Shown here: positions 14,253 through 23,963 of the stretch, piece after piece
Numbering within the stretch: position 1 is the stretch's first letter
Layout: every line of letters starts with the position of its first letter
Source: Pseudomonadales bacterium
GTDB taxonomy: Bacteria > Pseudomonadota > Gammaproteobacteria > Pseudomonadales > Azotimanducaceae
DNA: 64,000 bases
Assembly (NCBI GenBank): GCA_038136035.1
Contig: JAYPYV010000001.1
Location: 84,577-148,576, forward strand
Direction: 5' to 3'
Program-made: the position numbers and the translations under genes
Notes under the pieces: generated by a model
Seen by the model: the letters and a program-made list of their open reading frames with translations, nothing else
Database searches by the model: none
Told to the model about the DNA's origin: nothing

Positions 14253-15512
14253 TCAGACCTTCTTTGCGATAAGCGAATAGAAGAAACCATCTTGTCGGTC
14301 GATTTCAGGGAAATACTGTAAACCGTGCGAGGACAAGTAGGCGCCAGGCAGTGTGATGGGCGTCAAAGTCGCGTTGGGGGTTTTCTGAAGAAACTGATCG
14401 ATCACCACATCGTTCTCCGCGCGAAGAATCGAGCACGTCGCGTACAGCAGCCGGCCCCCTGGCTTTAGGAGTGTCCAACAGGCCTCGAGTAGCCGACTTT
14501 GGGTCGCGGCCAGCTTAGCAATATCCGAGGGCTGACGCAGCAATTTAATGTCTGGATGACGACGGATGACCCCCGTCCCGGAGCAGGGCGCATCGAGCAA
14601 GATTGCGTCGAATGTTTGGCTAGATTTCGCAAATGCAATCAAGTCATCGCAGTGCAAGGTTGCTTTGAGCGACAAGCGCTTGAAGTTGTCTTCAATGCGT
14701 TCACAGCGTGCGGGATCAATATCGAGCGCCACAAGGTCAATACTCGGCATGAGCTCAAGCAAATGGCAGGCCTTGCCGCCAGGCGCTGCGCAGGCATCCA
14801 AGATCCGTTCGTGTTCGCTTGGTGCCAGTAGGATCGATGCGAGTTGCGCGGCTTCATCTTGAACGCTGACCCAGCCAGACTCAAAGTTAGGCAATTCCTT
14901 TACTGGCAACGGTCGGTCTAAACGGATCGCTGAATCGCACTGATCGCTCAAAGAAAATTCGAGTTCTTCGCTTGCCAGTAACGCTGTGTACGCATCTCTC
15001 GTCGTTCGCTGGAGGTTGACCCTCAGGGTCATGGGGGCTTGGCTGAGGTTTGCAGCAAGGATTGAATCACATTGGTGAGGCCAGTCGCGCTTGATTGCTT
15101 GGATGAGCCACTCTGGGTGATTCCACAGGCTTTCCTCTGAACCTGCACCGTCTGAATGAAAGGTATCTCGCTTGCGAATGAATCCGCGGAGCGTTGCATT
15201 AACAAGCCCTGTAGCCCACCCCTTTTTGAGCACTTTGGCGGTCTCAACCGCGGCATTAACACTGGCGTGGGCCGGCTGATGAAGGTGATCGATGGCCGCC
15301 ATCCCCACTAGAAGTAGGCAATACAAGTCCTCGTGCTTTTTCGGTAAAGGCTTGTTCAATAATTCGTTGATAGCTGAACGGTACTCATAATAGTGATTCA
15401 GAACCCGCCGAAGGACTTGTTTACCCAGTGCATCCAGACCGTCGCCCGAGTAAGGACGGCCCTTTGAGACGGTGTCGAGGGTTGCAGAGACTTCTTGCTT
15501 GAAATGTCGCAT
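14253..15512 (-). CDS. rsmB: 16S rRNA (cytosine967-C5)-methyltransferase RsmB
   Basis: NusB-like N-terminus plus the RsmB/NOP catalytic motifs DAPCSGTGVIRRHPDIK and ATCS. It sits in the fmt-rsmB-trkA order. Confidence 0.93.
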   Translation of the reverse strand: MRHFKQEVSATLDTVSKGRPYSGDGLDALGKQVLRRVLNHYYEYRSAINELLNKPLPKKHEDLYCLLLVGMAAIDHLHQPAHASVNAAVETAKVLKKGWATGLVNATLRGFIRKRDTFHSDGAGSEESLWNHPEWLIQAIKRDWPHQCDSILAANLSQAPMTLRVNLQRTTRDAYTALLASEELEFSLSDQCDSAIRLDRPLPVKELPNFESGWVSVQDEAAQLASILLAPSEHERILDACAAPGGKACHLLELMPSIDLVALDIDPARCERIEDNFKRLSLKATLHCDDLIAFAKSSQTFDAILLDAPCSGTGVIRRHPDIKLLRQPSDIAKLAATQSRLLEACWTLLKPGGRLLYATCSILRAENDVVIDQFLQKTPNATLTPITLPGAYLSSHGLQYFPEIDRQDGFFYSLIAKKV

Positions 15513-15523
15513 CGCGTCTGTGA

Positions 15524-16477
15524 TTAATCTTGCGATAAGGCGTCAAACATCGCGCCCGGGCGCAAACCCCAGGACTCGAGATTTTTGAGTTCACCGTCTT
15601 TCATCACGCTGCCTTTCGCGTTGGGAATTTGTAGGGAGCGCACAGTTAAGATCTGATCTCCACATTGAACGTCGAGCCCCGCTTTAGAGATCTCTATAAT
15701 GGTCCCAGGAGGCGCTGGGCGCGAGCCGGTACTCTTTTTTGTTACCGACGCCGCCAGAATCTTGAACGTGGCGCCCGCCAGTTGGGTCATGGCCAAAGGA
15801 TCTGGCTGAAAGGCGCGAACCGTGCGTTCGATCTCGCGTGCAGATTTCTTCCAGTCGATCAGCGACTCGGATTTATGCAGCTTATGCGCGTAAGTGACGC
15901 CTTCTGTGTCCTGTATTTGGGCCGCTAAGGTCGGCGCGTCTAGCTGATCGAGTACTGCGATCAGTGCAGGCGGTCCAATTTGAGCTAATTTGTGCGTGAG
16001 TGATTCAGCCGTGTCCAGGTCGTCAATGGGAATTTCTTGACGCAGGAGCACAGGCCCCGTGTCCAAGCCCTCATCCATCTGCATGATGCAAACCCCTGTC
16101 GAGGGGTCCCCAAACTGAATCGCTCGCTGAATGGGGGCCGCGCCTCGCCATCTCGGTAAGAGAGAAGCGTGCACATTGAGTGCGCCGTGTTTCGTCGCGG
16201 TTAGCGCTCGCCGGCGCAAAATCTGACCGTAGGCGACAACGACAAGAACGTCCGCCGCCAGGGGCTCTAACATGGCGCCTTTGATCGATTCGGGCTGTAT
16301 GACGGGCAGCGCGTGGGCAAGTGCGACTTGCTTGACGGGCGAGGCGATGGGCATTTTGCCCCGTTTCCCCGGTCGATCCGGCTGGGTCACGACAGTCACC
16401 ACCTCGTGTCGAGAAGCGATCAGCGCTTCTAGGTGATGAGCGGCGAACGAGGGCGTCCCTGCAAAGATGATTCGCAT
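15524..16477 (-). CDS. fmt: Methionyl-tRNA formyltransferase
   Basis: [10 protein letters not shown]-terminus and the HASLLPRWRGAAPIQRAI motif. It overlaps the def stop by 1 nt (TGATG). Confidence 0.97.
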   Translation of the reverse strand: MRIIFAGTPSFAAHHLEALIASRHEVVTVVTQPDRPGKRGKMPIASPVKQVALAHALPVIQPESIKGAMLEPLAADVLVVVAYGQILRRRALTATKHGALNVHASLLPRWRGAAPIQRAIQFGDPSTGVCIMQMDEGLDTGPVLLRQEIPIDDLDTAESLTHKLAQIGPPALIAVLDQLDAPTLAAQIQDTEGVTYAHKLHKSESLIDWKKSAREIERTVRAFQPDPLAMTQLAGATFKILAASVTKKSTGSRPAPPGTIIEISKAGLDVQCGDQILTVRSLQIPNAKGSVMKDGELKNLESWGLRPGAMFDALSQD

Positions 16478-16986
16478 CAGGGCGAGTCTCTCAGTTTTTG
16501 TTGCTTAATGAGCTTCTTGCGAATCATTTGACGTTTGGTCGAGGAGAGATAGTCAACGAATAATCGACCATCAAGGTGATCGATTTCGTGTTGAATGCAC
16601 ACCGCCAGTAAGCCCTCAGCATTCAACTCAAAGGGATCCCCGTTTTGGTCAAGCGCCTTGACCGTAATCGAGTCTGGCCGTGTCACAGCTTCATAAAACC
16701 CCGGGACCGAGAGGCAACCTTCCTGCGTCTCAACTTCACCTTCGGACGTTTGAATTTCAGGATTGATGAACACGAGCGGTTCACTCTGATCGTCGCTGAT
16801 ATCGCAAACGAGGATTCTTTTTTGGATATTGACTTGCGTCGCCGCGAGACCAATTCCAGGTGCGGCGTACATGGTTTGAAGCATGGCCTGACAAAGCGAA
16901 GTAATTTCGGCGGTCACTTCTGAAACGGCGTTTGCCCTAAGCCGAAGTCTGGGGTCTGGAAACTCAAGAATGGTTAAGGTGGACAT
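16477..16986 (-). CDS. def: Peptide deformylase
   Basis: Motifs [17 protein letters not shown] and [11 protein letters not shown] at 16986 has SD GAGG upstream; the ORF-track TTG at 16998 is less likely. Confidence 0.97.
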   Translation of the reverse strand: MSTLTILEFPDPRLRLRANAVSEVTAEITSLCQAMLQTMYAAPGIGLAATQVNIQKRILVCDISDDQSEPLVFINPEIQTSEGEVETQEGCLSVPGFYEAVTRPDSITVKALDQNGDPFELNAEGLLAVCIQHEIDHLDGRLFVDYLSSTKRQMIRKKLIKQQKLRDSP

Positions 16987-17111
16987 GCTTTGCCTCAAGC
17001 GGTAGAACTAGCGATGGAAGAGCGCCAAAAAATGGTTTGCCTAGGTGGCTCGGCCTGTTTCAGTTAAAAGCGGTGCGCTATTGTATCGCGAATGCCTTAA
17101 GGAATGCCTTC

Positions 17112-18149
17112 ATGCGTAGATTTTGGTTAGTCGGAGCCTTGCTCTTTCTGGCAACTCAGGCTTTTGGCAGCGAGTCAATTAAGCTGAAACCGGGTGCGCC
17201 TGAAATCTACACCGTGCAACAGGGCGATACCCTTTGGGATATCTCGGGTCTTTATCTGGACGCCCCCTGGTTGTGGCCGAAGCTATGGGCCGTGAACCCT
17301 GAGATTGAGAACCCACATCTGATTTACCCGGGAGATCAGATCAGTTTAAGCATGGTGGATGGGCGCCCGAGGCTTAGGATTGATCGCGCCTCTAGTCCAA
17401 CCCGAGCGGCTGCGGTCAAATTGTCACCCGAGGTTCGTCGATCGCCTTTGTCAGGCGCGATTCCGCTTATTCAGACCGAAGATATCGCTGCTTGGGTGAA
17501 ACGAGCGAGGATTGTGGATCCTTCGACCTTCGACCAGGCCCCTTATATTGTCGCGGGTGAGGAGGATCGAATGCTGCTCGCCACTGGGTCTCGTGTGTTT
17601 GTCAGTGGGCTAGCGAGTGATCGCCATCGAGTCCAGGGCATTTATCGGTTGGGACAAACGTATCGTGATCCAACTTCGGGCGGGATTATTGGGGTCGAAG
17701 CCGTCGAGGTGGGCGTCGCGCACGTTGAGGGATCTGCACCGCCTTATGACCTTGCAACCATCGTGACCATGCACCAAGAGGTCCGTCCAGGCGATCACCT
17801 TCTGCCATCAGAGGCGATGGCTTTGGCTCCATCGATTTCGCCCAGTTCACCTGAAGCACCCGTGAATGGTGAGCTCATCGCTTTGGGGAGTGATCAAACG
17901 AGGGTGGGACGGTTCGCTGCAGCAGTGATTAACCGAGGGAGCACCCACGGATTAGCCCAGGGGCATGTGCTCGCCGTATCGGGACCAGGGCGCAAGATTC
18001 GCGATCCCAAGATTGGCGAAAGAATCAACTTGCCTGGCAACGCAAAAGGGCATGTGATGGTATACCGAAGCTACCCCATGATGGCCTATGTGTTGGTTTT
18101 GGAGGCCTCAGATCCGCTGCTGATTGGCGATCGCATTCAAAACCCCTGA
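17112..18149 (+). CDS. LysM peptidoglycan-binding domain protein (TsaP-like, def-dprA locus)
   Basis: Signal peptide MRRFWLVGALLFLATQAFG followed by a LysM domain (YTVQQGDTLWDISGLY...IYPGDQISL). It occupies the same position as Pseudomonas PA0020/TsaP, as I recall it. Confidence 0.8.
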   Translation: MRRFWLVGALLFLATQAFGSESIKLKPGAPEIYTVQQGDTLWDISGLYLDAPWLWPKLWAVNPEIENPHLIYPGDQISLSMVDGRPRLRIDRASSPTRAAAVKLSPEVRRSPLSGAIPLIQTEDIAAWVKRARIVDPSTFDQAPYIVAGEEDRMLLATGSRVFVSGLASDRHRVQGIYRLGQTYRDPTSGGIIGVEAVEVGVAHVEGSAPPYDLATIVTMHQEVRPGDHLLPSEAMALAPSISPSSPEAPVNGELIALGSDQTRVGRFAAAVINRGSTHGLAQGHVLAVSGPGRKIRDPKIGERINLPGNAKGHVMVYRSYPMMAYVLVLEASDPLLIGDRIQNP

Positions 18150-18367
18150 CCCCCTAGTCGGGTTCTCACAGAGTCAGGCGCGTATCGCTTGCAGTGATCT
18201 TATGAGCGCCAGCCTATAGTCAATCGACTTAATGACGCTAAGGCGGGTTCTGTGCGGTTCTCCTCTTTTAACGCAATCGAAAATTTGACGGGCGCCATGC
18301 TCACGAGGGCGCAGCCTTCCGTGCCGAAGACTTGTGTCGGGGTGCCCATCAGGAATACTGGCCGCCG

Positions 18368-19324
18368 ATGAGTGGGTTTCCTTTTTCCGATCCGTTGGAT
18401 CTGGCCGGGCTCCAGCAGGTTGAGCGGCAATCCCCTCTCTACCCCGCGGGTCTTGAGACCCTAACCACGCCGCCTCTGAGGTTGTCTGGGCTGGGTGATC
18501 TTCGTGTGCTGAGTCGCCCATCGATCGCGGTCGTTGGGAGTCGAAACGCGTCGCATTATGGTCTCTCAGTGGCAGAGAAATTAGCATTTGATCTCGCCGC
18601 GGCGGGTTATGTTGTGGTGAGCGGATTTGCGAGAGGGATCGATAGTGCGGCCCATAAAGGGGCCCTACGGGCGGGTGGTCATACCGTCGCCGTCTTGGGC
18701 TGTGGACTGGCGGTCAACTACCCCAAATCGAACCGAGGCCTGCGTGATGCCATTGCGGCAAACGGCGCCCTGATCAGCGAATTCGAGCCTTACGAGCCGC
18801 CTTATCCAGCCAATTTTCCGCGGCGAAATCGGATCATCGCGGGCTTAAGTGTTGGTCTTGTGGTGGTCGAAGCCAAGGCGCGCAGCGGCTCACTCATTTC
18901 AGCCCGACAGGCGCTCGATGCGGGACGCGAGGTATTTGCCGTGCCGGGGCCTGTCTCGGCCGGTGCTTTCGAGGGGTGTCATGCGCTCATAAAAGAAGGC
19001 GCCGTGCTGGTTGAGAATGCCAGGGACGTGATTTCCAGCCTGCCGGAATGGGTAACCGAGGGTGTGTCCGCTGTGAAAGACGCGCCTACATTCACATCGG
19101 CAACTGACCCAGACCCATTAGACCAACCTGAACGCAGCGTGTCGAAGGATGAGCAACGGGTGCTCGAATGGCTGGGAGAAGAGGCTCTGTCCCTTGAAGC
19201 CCTTGCCCACGGTCTTTCGATCTCGCCAAGCGCTTTAATCCCTATTCTTGCGCAACTAGAGCTCAAAGCACGTGTGGTCCGCCAGGGCGCGAGCTATGTT
19301 GCCAAACGCAATGATGGTCTTTGA
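18368..19324 (+). CDS. dprA: DNA-processing protein DprA (Smf)
   Basis: DprA Rossmann-like core (VVGSRNASHYG, SGFARGIDSAAHKGAL, FPRRNRIIAGLS, EAKARSGSLISA) and a C-terminal winged-helix-like tail. ATG at 18368 is preferred over the upstream ORF-track start. Confidence 0.92.
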   Translation: MSGFPFSDPLDLAGLQQVERQSPLYPAGLETLTTPPLRLSGLGDLRVLSRPSIAVVGSRNASHYGLSVAEKLAFDLAAAGYVVVSGFARGIDSAAHKGALRAGGHTVAVLGCGLAVNYPKSNRGLRDAIAANGALISEFEPYEPPYPANFPRRNRIIAGLSVGLVVVEAKARSGSLISARQALDAGREVFAVPGPVSAGAFEGCHALIKEGAVLVENARDVISSLPEWVTEGVSAVKDAPTFTSATDPDPLDQPERSVSKDEQRVLEWLGEEALSLEALAHGLSISPSALIPILAQLELKARVVRQGASYVAKRNDGL

Positions 19325-19621
19325 AGCTTCGCCTTCTTCCTGCGGCGGCCTGAAATCTTTTTGATCGAGTTGGTGTCTTGGGCACAGAGTCGCGTCTCAG
19401 CGAGCTGTCGAGACCAGCACACGGATCCCTAAAACCGAAGTTGCCAAATGGTAAAGGCAGCGCGGGCTGCCCGGCCGCGCCACGTTCGGTAAGTCCTCAG
19501 ATATCACAGCCACCCATGATGCAATCGCGTGTGGGCCAATCCGTCGCAAAGCCCATCGTTCCAGTGATGGTTGGTTCAAGTGTTCCCGTATAATGCCGGT
19601 TTGTCCAGGTGGAACAATCAA

Positions 19622-20131
19622 ATGACACAGATGTTTGTAGCGATTCTCATGGGCTCAGAATCTGACATGCCAGTGATGGACAGTGCCAGGAATGTGCTGA
19701 GTCAATTTAACATCAAGACGGAAGTGCGGGTGACCTCAGCGCACCGAACACCAGAAGCGACGAAAGCTTATGTTAACGATGCTGAAGCGAGAGGTTGCGG
19801 GGTGTTTATCGCCGGCGCGGGCATGGCGGCGCATTTGGCTGGCGCGGTGGCGGCGCAAACGACCCGACCAGTCATTGGTGTCCCAATTGATGCAGGGCCC
19901 TTGCAAGGCATGGACGCGTTACTGTCCACGGCCCAGATGCCGGGCGGGATTCCTGTGGCGACTGTCGCCATCGGCAAGGCGGGTGCTAAAAACGCGGGGT
20001 ACCTTGCCGCGCAAATGCTTTCCTTATCCGACCCAGTGTTGGCGGAGGCGCTCAAACAAGAACGAAGCGATAACGCTCGAGCCATCGAAAGCCGAGCGCT
20101 CGAAATCGCAGCTGAGCTAGACCAAGGCTAA
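19622..20131 (+). CDS. purE: N5-carboxyaminoimidazole ribonucleotide mutase (class I PurE)
   Basis: [28 protein letters not shown] and [10 protein letters not shown]. The SAHR and AAHL motifs indicate class I. ATG at 19622 is used. Confidence 0.94.
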   Translation: MTQMFVAILMGSESDMPVMDSARNVLSQFNIKTEVRVTSAHRTPEATKAYVNDAEARGCGVFIAGAGMAAHLAGAVAAQTTRPVIGVPIDAGPLQGMDALLSTAQMPGGIPVATVAIGKAGAKNAGYLAAQMLSLSDPVLAEALKQERSDNARAIESRALEIAAELDQG

Positions 20132-20135
20132 CAGC

Positions 20136-20687
20136 ATGTGGGATGAAGGGCTTGCGGCTTCAGTCGCTCGAGGTGCCGTGCTTGCTTATCCCACTGAAGG
20201 TGTCTGGGGGTTAGGTTGCGACCCGCATAATGAAGCGGCCGTCCAGCGTATTTTGAGGATTAAAGGTCGCTCGGTTGATGAGGGCCTTATTTTGCTTGCT
20301 AGCCAAATTGAACAACTGAACCCGTATTTGGTTGGATTACCTGAGCACGCAAGAACAGAGCTGGAACGCATTTGGCCGTCACCGGTGACGTTTTTGGTCC
20401 CCGATAATGGGTTTTGTCCCACTTGGATCCGAGGCAGCCATGCCTCAGTTGCACTCAGAGTCACTACCCATCCTGTTGTCGCCATGATGACACAAGCGAT
20501 GGCTGGCCCTGTGGTGTCAACGTCCGCGAATCGCAGTGGGCAACCCGCACTTGCAACATCGACGGCCATAGAGAAAGAGCTCGGCCCAGAAATCGATGGC
20601 ATTTTGGAGGGTGAACTCGGAGGTACCGGCGGCGCGTCTGAAATTCGGGATCTCATCTCGGGCCGCGTGATCAGGCAGGCATCTTAA
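20136..20687 (+). CDS. tsaC: L-threonylcarbamoyladenylate synthase type 1 (TsaC/YrdC)
   Basis: YrdC-domain motifs AYPTEGVWGLGCDP, IKGRS and STSANRSG. Length is 183 aa. Confidence 0.92.
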   Translation: MWDEGLAASVARGAVLAYPTEGVWGLGCDPHNEAAVQRILRIKGRSVDEGLILLASQIEQLNPYLVGLPEHARTELERIWPSPVTFLVPDNGFCPTWIRGSHASVALRVTTHPVVAMMTQAMAGPVVSTSANRSGQPALATSTAIEKELGPEIDGILEGELGGTGGASEIRDLISGRVIRQAS

Positions 20688-21505
20688 TGTATCAGCTTGG
20701 CGTTTTGGGACACCCCGTTGAGCATAGCCGTTCACCTGAGCTTCATTATCACTTTGCTGGGCAATTCGGACTGTCGATCGACTATCAGAAGCTGGAAGTC
20801 CTGCCGGGTACGTTCAGCGAGGTGGCGAATCGTCTGATCCAGGACGGTTGGCGAGGATGTAACGTCACGGTGCCTTATAAATTTGATGCGCACGATATCT
20901 GCACCGCGCGAAGTGAGAACGCGCAAGCCACCGGCGTCGTGAATACACTCTCTTTTGAACCAGGTGGCGTGATTACTGGGCATAACACGGATGGACCGGG
21001 CCTGATTAATGACATGGTTCATCACTTGGACTGGCGCCTAAGAGAGGCACGGATCCTGGTGCTGGGCGCAGGCGGCGCTACGCAGGGGATTCTGGGTGCC
21101 TTGTTAGAGGCTAAGCCGAGCGCGGTCCATGTGTGGAATCGCACCCATGAACGAGCGGTCGTCTTGAGCCAGCGTCAGACTGATGTTCGGCTAGAAGCCA
21201 GATCCACGAGTGAACTTGAAGCGCAATACGACATCATCATTCACGCCAGTGCTGCCGGCTTGTCTGGTCAGCGGGTTGACGTTCCGCCTCATGTGATCGG
21301 ATCACTCACCTGCGCTTACGACCTGAGTTATAGCCAGGAAAAAACGCCGTTCTTAACGTGGGCGTCATCGCTGGGTGCGGCGGCGACAGCCGATGGATTA
21401 GGCATGCTCATTGAGCAAGCCGCGCTCGCTTTTGAAATCTGGTTCGGTCAGCAGCCCTCAACCTTGGCACTCCGTCGGGCAGAGGGACTTGAGGCTAGAG
21501 CTTAA
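20687..21505 (+). CDS. aroE: Shikimate dehydrogenase (NADP+)
   Basis: GHPVEHSRSP, GCNVTVPYK, NTDGPG and the GAGGA NADP motif. There is a 1-nt overlap with tsaC (TAATG). Confidence 0.94.
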   Translation: MYQLGVLGHPVEHSRSPELHYHFAGQFGLSIDYQKLEVLPGTFSEVANRLIQDGWRGCNVTVPYKFDAHDICTARSENAQATGVVNTLSFEPGGVITGHNTDGPGLINDMVHHLDWRLREARILVLGAGGATQGILGALLEAKPSAVHVWNRTHERAVVLSQRQTDVRLEARSTSELEAQYDIIIHASAAGLSGQRVDVPPHVIGSLTCAYDLSYSQEKTPFLTWASSLGAAATADGLGMLIEQAALAFEIWFGQQPSTLALRRAEGLEARA

Positions 21506-21711
21506 AAAACGCAGCGCGTTTAATGGATCAATGGCATCCAACGGCAGGACCGATTGCGCATCGGATGAGGGCGTCGCTTCTCTTTGCTGCCCGCTTTGTG
21601 TTTTGAAGGGCTCGTTTGAACCGACGACACGCATTAGGATCTAGACAAACCATAGAAACAGGGTGCTGAGGGATGTGATGTCTCTCCACCGCTGAGAGGA
21701 GTGCAGTGGCA

Positions 21712-23754
21712 ATGACCAATCCGCTTTTGATCCGAGGAGACTTCCCTCGCTTTGATGAAATCTCAGCGATGCATGTGGTGCCCGCGATCACCGAAATACT
21801 GGCGAGCAATCGCGAAGCGCTCGATCGAATCAAGGGCTTGCCAGAGGCGTCGATGACCGCCGACCTTTTGCTTCAGCTTGAGGCATTGGATGCTCGTTTG
21901 AATGATGCCTGGAATCCAGTGGAGCATCTGAATGCTGTGGTCAACAGTGAAGCGCTTCGAGAGGCTTACAACGATGCACGAAAGCTGATTACGGATTACC
22001 AGACCGAGCTGGGTCAAGATGAAGCGCTCTTTGGGGTCTATCGGCACCTACAAGCCAGAGGACCGGCACTCGGCCTCACCCAGGACCAAAGAAAAAGTGT
22101 GGAAAACGCTGTAAGGGAATTTGAACTTTCAGGTGTGGGGCTCGCTGGAGAAGATCGTGAAAGGTATGCCGCACTTAAGTCTCAGCTCAGCGAGCAGACC
22201 AGCCGGTTTTCAGAGAACGTGCTGGACGCGACCGACCACTGGAAGCGAGTGATTGAGGATGGCGCAATTCTGACGGGACTTCCGGAATCGGCGCTTCAGA
22301 TGCTGTCTGAAGCAGCCGAGAGGGAGGGCTTGCAGGGCTATCTTCTAACGCTGGATGCGCCGTCTTACCTTGCAGTCATGAAATTTTGTGAGAACCGCGA
22401 GGTGCGCCGCGAGGTTTACGAGGCCTTTGTCACTCGAGCGTCGGACGTTGGCCCAAACGCGGGACAATTCGATAACAGTGAGCTCATGGCGCAGATTGTT
22501 GAAGGGCGAGAAAAGGTCGCTGCCCTTTTGGGCTTCGCCCATTTCTCTGAGTACAGTCTCGCGACCAAGATGGCCGAGTCTCCAGATGCCGTTTTGACCT
22601 TCTTGCGCGACTTAGCACAGGTTTCGTTGCCCACCGCTCGGGATGAAATGCGGTCGCTTGAAGCATTTGCTGAGGCACATCTTGGACTGAGTGAGCTTTC
22701 TGCCTGGGACATCCCCTTTGCCTCCGAGCGTCAGCGTCAACAAACTTTCGATTTGTCAGAAGACGCATTGAAAGCCTATTTTCCAGCAGATCACGTGATA
22801 AATGGCATGTTCGATATCGTGTCAAGAGTGTTTGGTGTGTCGATCGCGCCTTGCGGTGATATCGCGACTTGGCACCCAGACGTCACGACGTACCAAATCA
22901 ATCGGGACGGAGAGACCATCGCCTTTTTTTACATGGATCTTTATGCCAGGCCCAAAAAGCGCGGAGGCGCGTGGATGGCAGATTGTCGAAATCGCAGGCT
23001 TACGCCCGAGGGCATGGTCCAGCGCCCGGTGGCATTTCTGACCTGCAATTTCTCGCCCGGTGTCGCCGGCAAACCATCACTTCTAAGCCATGATGAGGTC
23101 GTGACTTTGTTTCACGAGTTTGGTCACGGATTGCATCACATGCTGACGAAAGTCGAATGTTCGGGCGTGTCGGGGATCAACGGGGTGGCATGGGACGCCG
23201 TTGAACTGCCAAGCCAATTTCTAGAAAACTGGTGTTGGGACCGTGAGGCCATTGCGCTCATCTCAAGGCATGTGGAGACGCACGAGCCGTTGCCTGATGC
23301 CCAGCTCGATCGATTGCTGGCGGCGAAGAATTATCAGGCGGGCATGCACATGGTCAGACAGCTCGAATTCGCCCTATTTGATTTCAGATTGCATCACGAA
23401 GGGTGCGGTGAAGGCGGTATCCAGGCCCTGCTCGACGACGTCAGGCAAGAGGTCGCCGTCGTGCCAGTGCCCGAGTTCAATCGATTTCAGCATGGGTTTA
23501 ACCATATATTTAGTGACTTTGTCGGCTATGCAGCGGGTTACTATAGCTACAAATGGGCGGAGGTCCTGTCAGCCGATGCCTACTCCGCGTTTAAGGCAAC
23601 CAGTGCGTTTGATCGCCAGGTAGGGGAACGTTTTTTGGAGTCCATTTTGGAGAAGGGTGGCAGCGACGATGCAATGAACTTGTTTGAGGCATTTATGGGT
23701 AGGCCGCCTAAAATTGATGCACTCTTAGAGCAAGAGGGAATCCAGCGAGCATGA
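21712..23754 (+). CDS. prlC: Oligopeptidase A (M3 family zinc metallopeptidase)
   Basis: The N-terminus MTNPLL matches E. coli PrlC. The zinc motif HEFGHGLHH is present. Length is about 680 aa. Confidence 0.96.
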   Translation: MTNPLLIRGDFPRFDEISAMHVVPAITEILASNREALDRIKGLPEASMTADLLLQLEALDARLNDAWNPVEHLNAVVNSEALREAYNDARKLITDYQTELGQDEALFGVYRHLQARGPALGLTQDQRKSVENAVREFELSGVGLAGEDRERYAALKSQLSEQTSRFSENVLDATDHWKRVIEDGAILTGLPESALQMLSEAAEREGLQGYLLTLDAPSYLAVMKFCENREVRREVYEAFVTRASDVGPNAGQFDNSELMAQIVEGREKVAALLGFAHFSEYSLATKMAESPDAVLTFLRDLAQVSLPTARDEMRSLEAFAEAHLGLSELSAWDIPFASERQRQQTFDLSEDALKAYFPADHVINGMFDIVSRVFGVSIAPCGDIATWHPDVTTYQINRDGETIAFFYMDLYARPKKRGGAWMADCRNRRLTPEGMVQRPVAFLTCNFSPGVAGKPSLLSHDEVVTLFHEFGHGLHHMLTKVECSGVSGINGVAWDAVELPSQFLENWCWDREAIALISRHVETHEPLPDAQLDRLLAAKNYQAGMHMVRQLEFALFDFRLHHEGCGEGGIQALLDDVRQEVAVVPVPEFNRFQHGFNHIFSDFVGYAAGYYSYKWAEVLSADAYSAFKATSAFDRQVGERFLESILEKGGSDDAMNLFEAFMGRPPKIDALLEQEGIQRA

Positions 23755-23963
23755 ATCGCCGTTTTATTTCTGGCGCTGAATGCCCGTCGTGCGGAGAAAC
23801 CGATGCGCTTTTTATGCGTGTCGGAGAATCCCGAGATCTCGTTCGATGTGCCGTGTGTGATTATGTGGATAAGCGTCCAGATCGCATGCAAGAGGACACA
23901 GGTCCTCACCACCAGGCGCCGCGCCCTGAACCGCCCGGTGTGTTTTGGCGGGGCAAAAATTAA
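23751..23963 (+). CDS. yheV: YheV family putative zinc-ribbon protein
   Basis: CPSCGETD...CAVCDY double CxxC motif. ATGA overlap with the prlC stop, preserving the conserved prlC-yheV pairing. Confidence 0.8.
   Translation: MNRRFISGAECPSCGETDALFMRVGESRDLVRCAVCDYVDKRPDRMQEDTGPHHQAPRPEPPGVFWRGKN

Noticed and set aside
18174-18587. A 137-aa minus-strand ORF between the LysM gene and dprA.
   Set aside because: It overlaps the dprA 5' end and has an Arg/Pro/Ser-rich unprotein-like sequence with no family resemblance.
21505-21521. A small hairpin AACGC-AGC-GCGTT flanked by A and T runs after aroE.
   Set aside because: A 5-6 bp stem with a 3-nt loop and only three trailing Ts is too weak to call a terminator.
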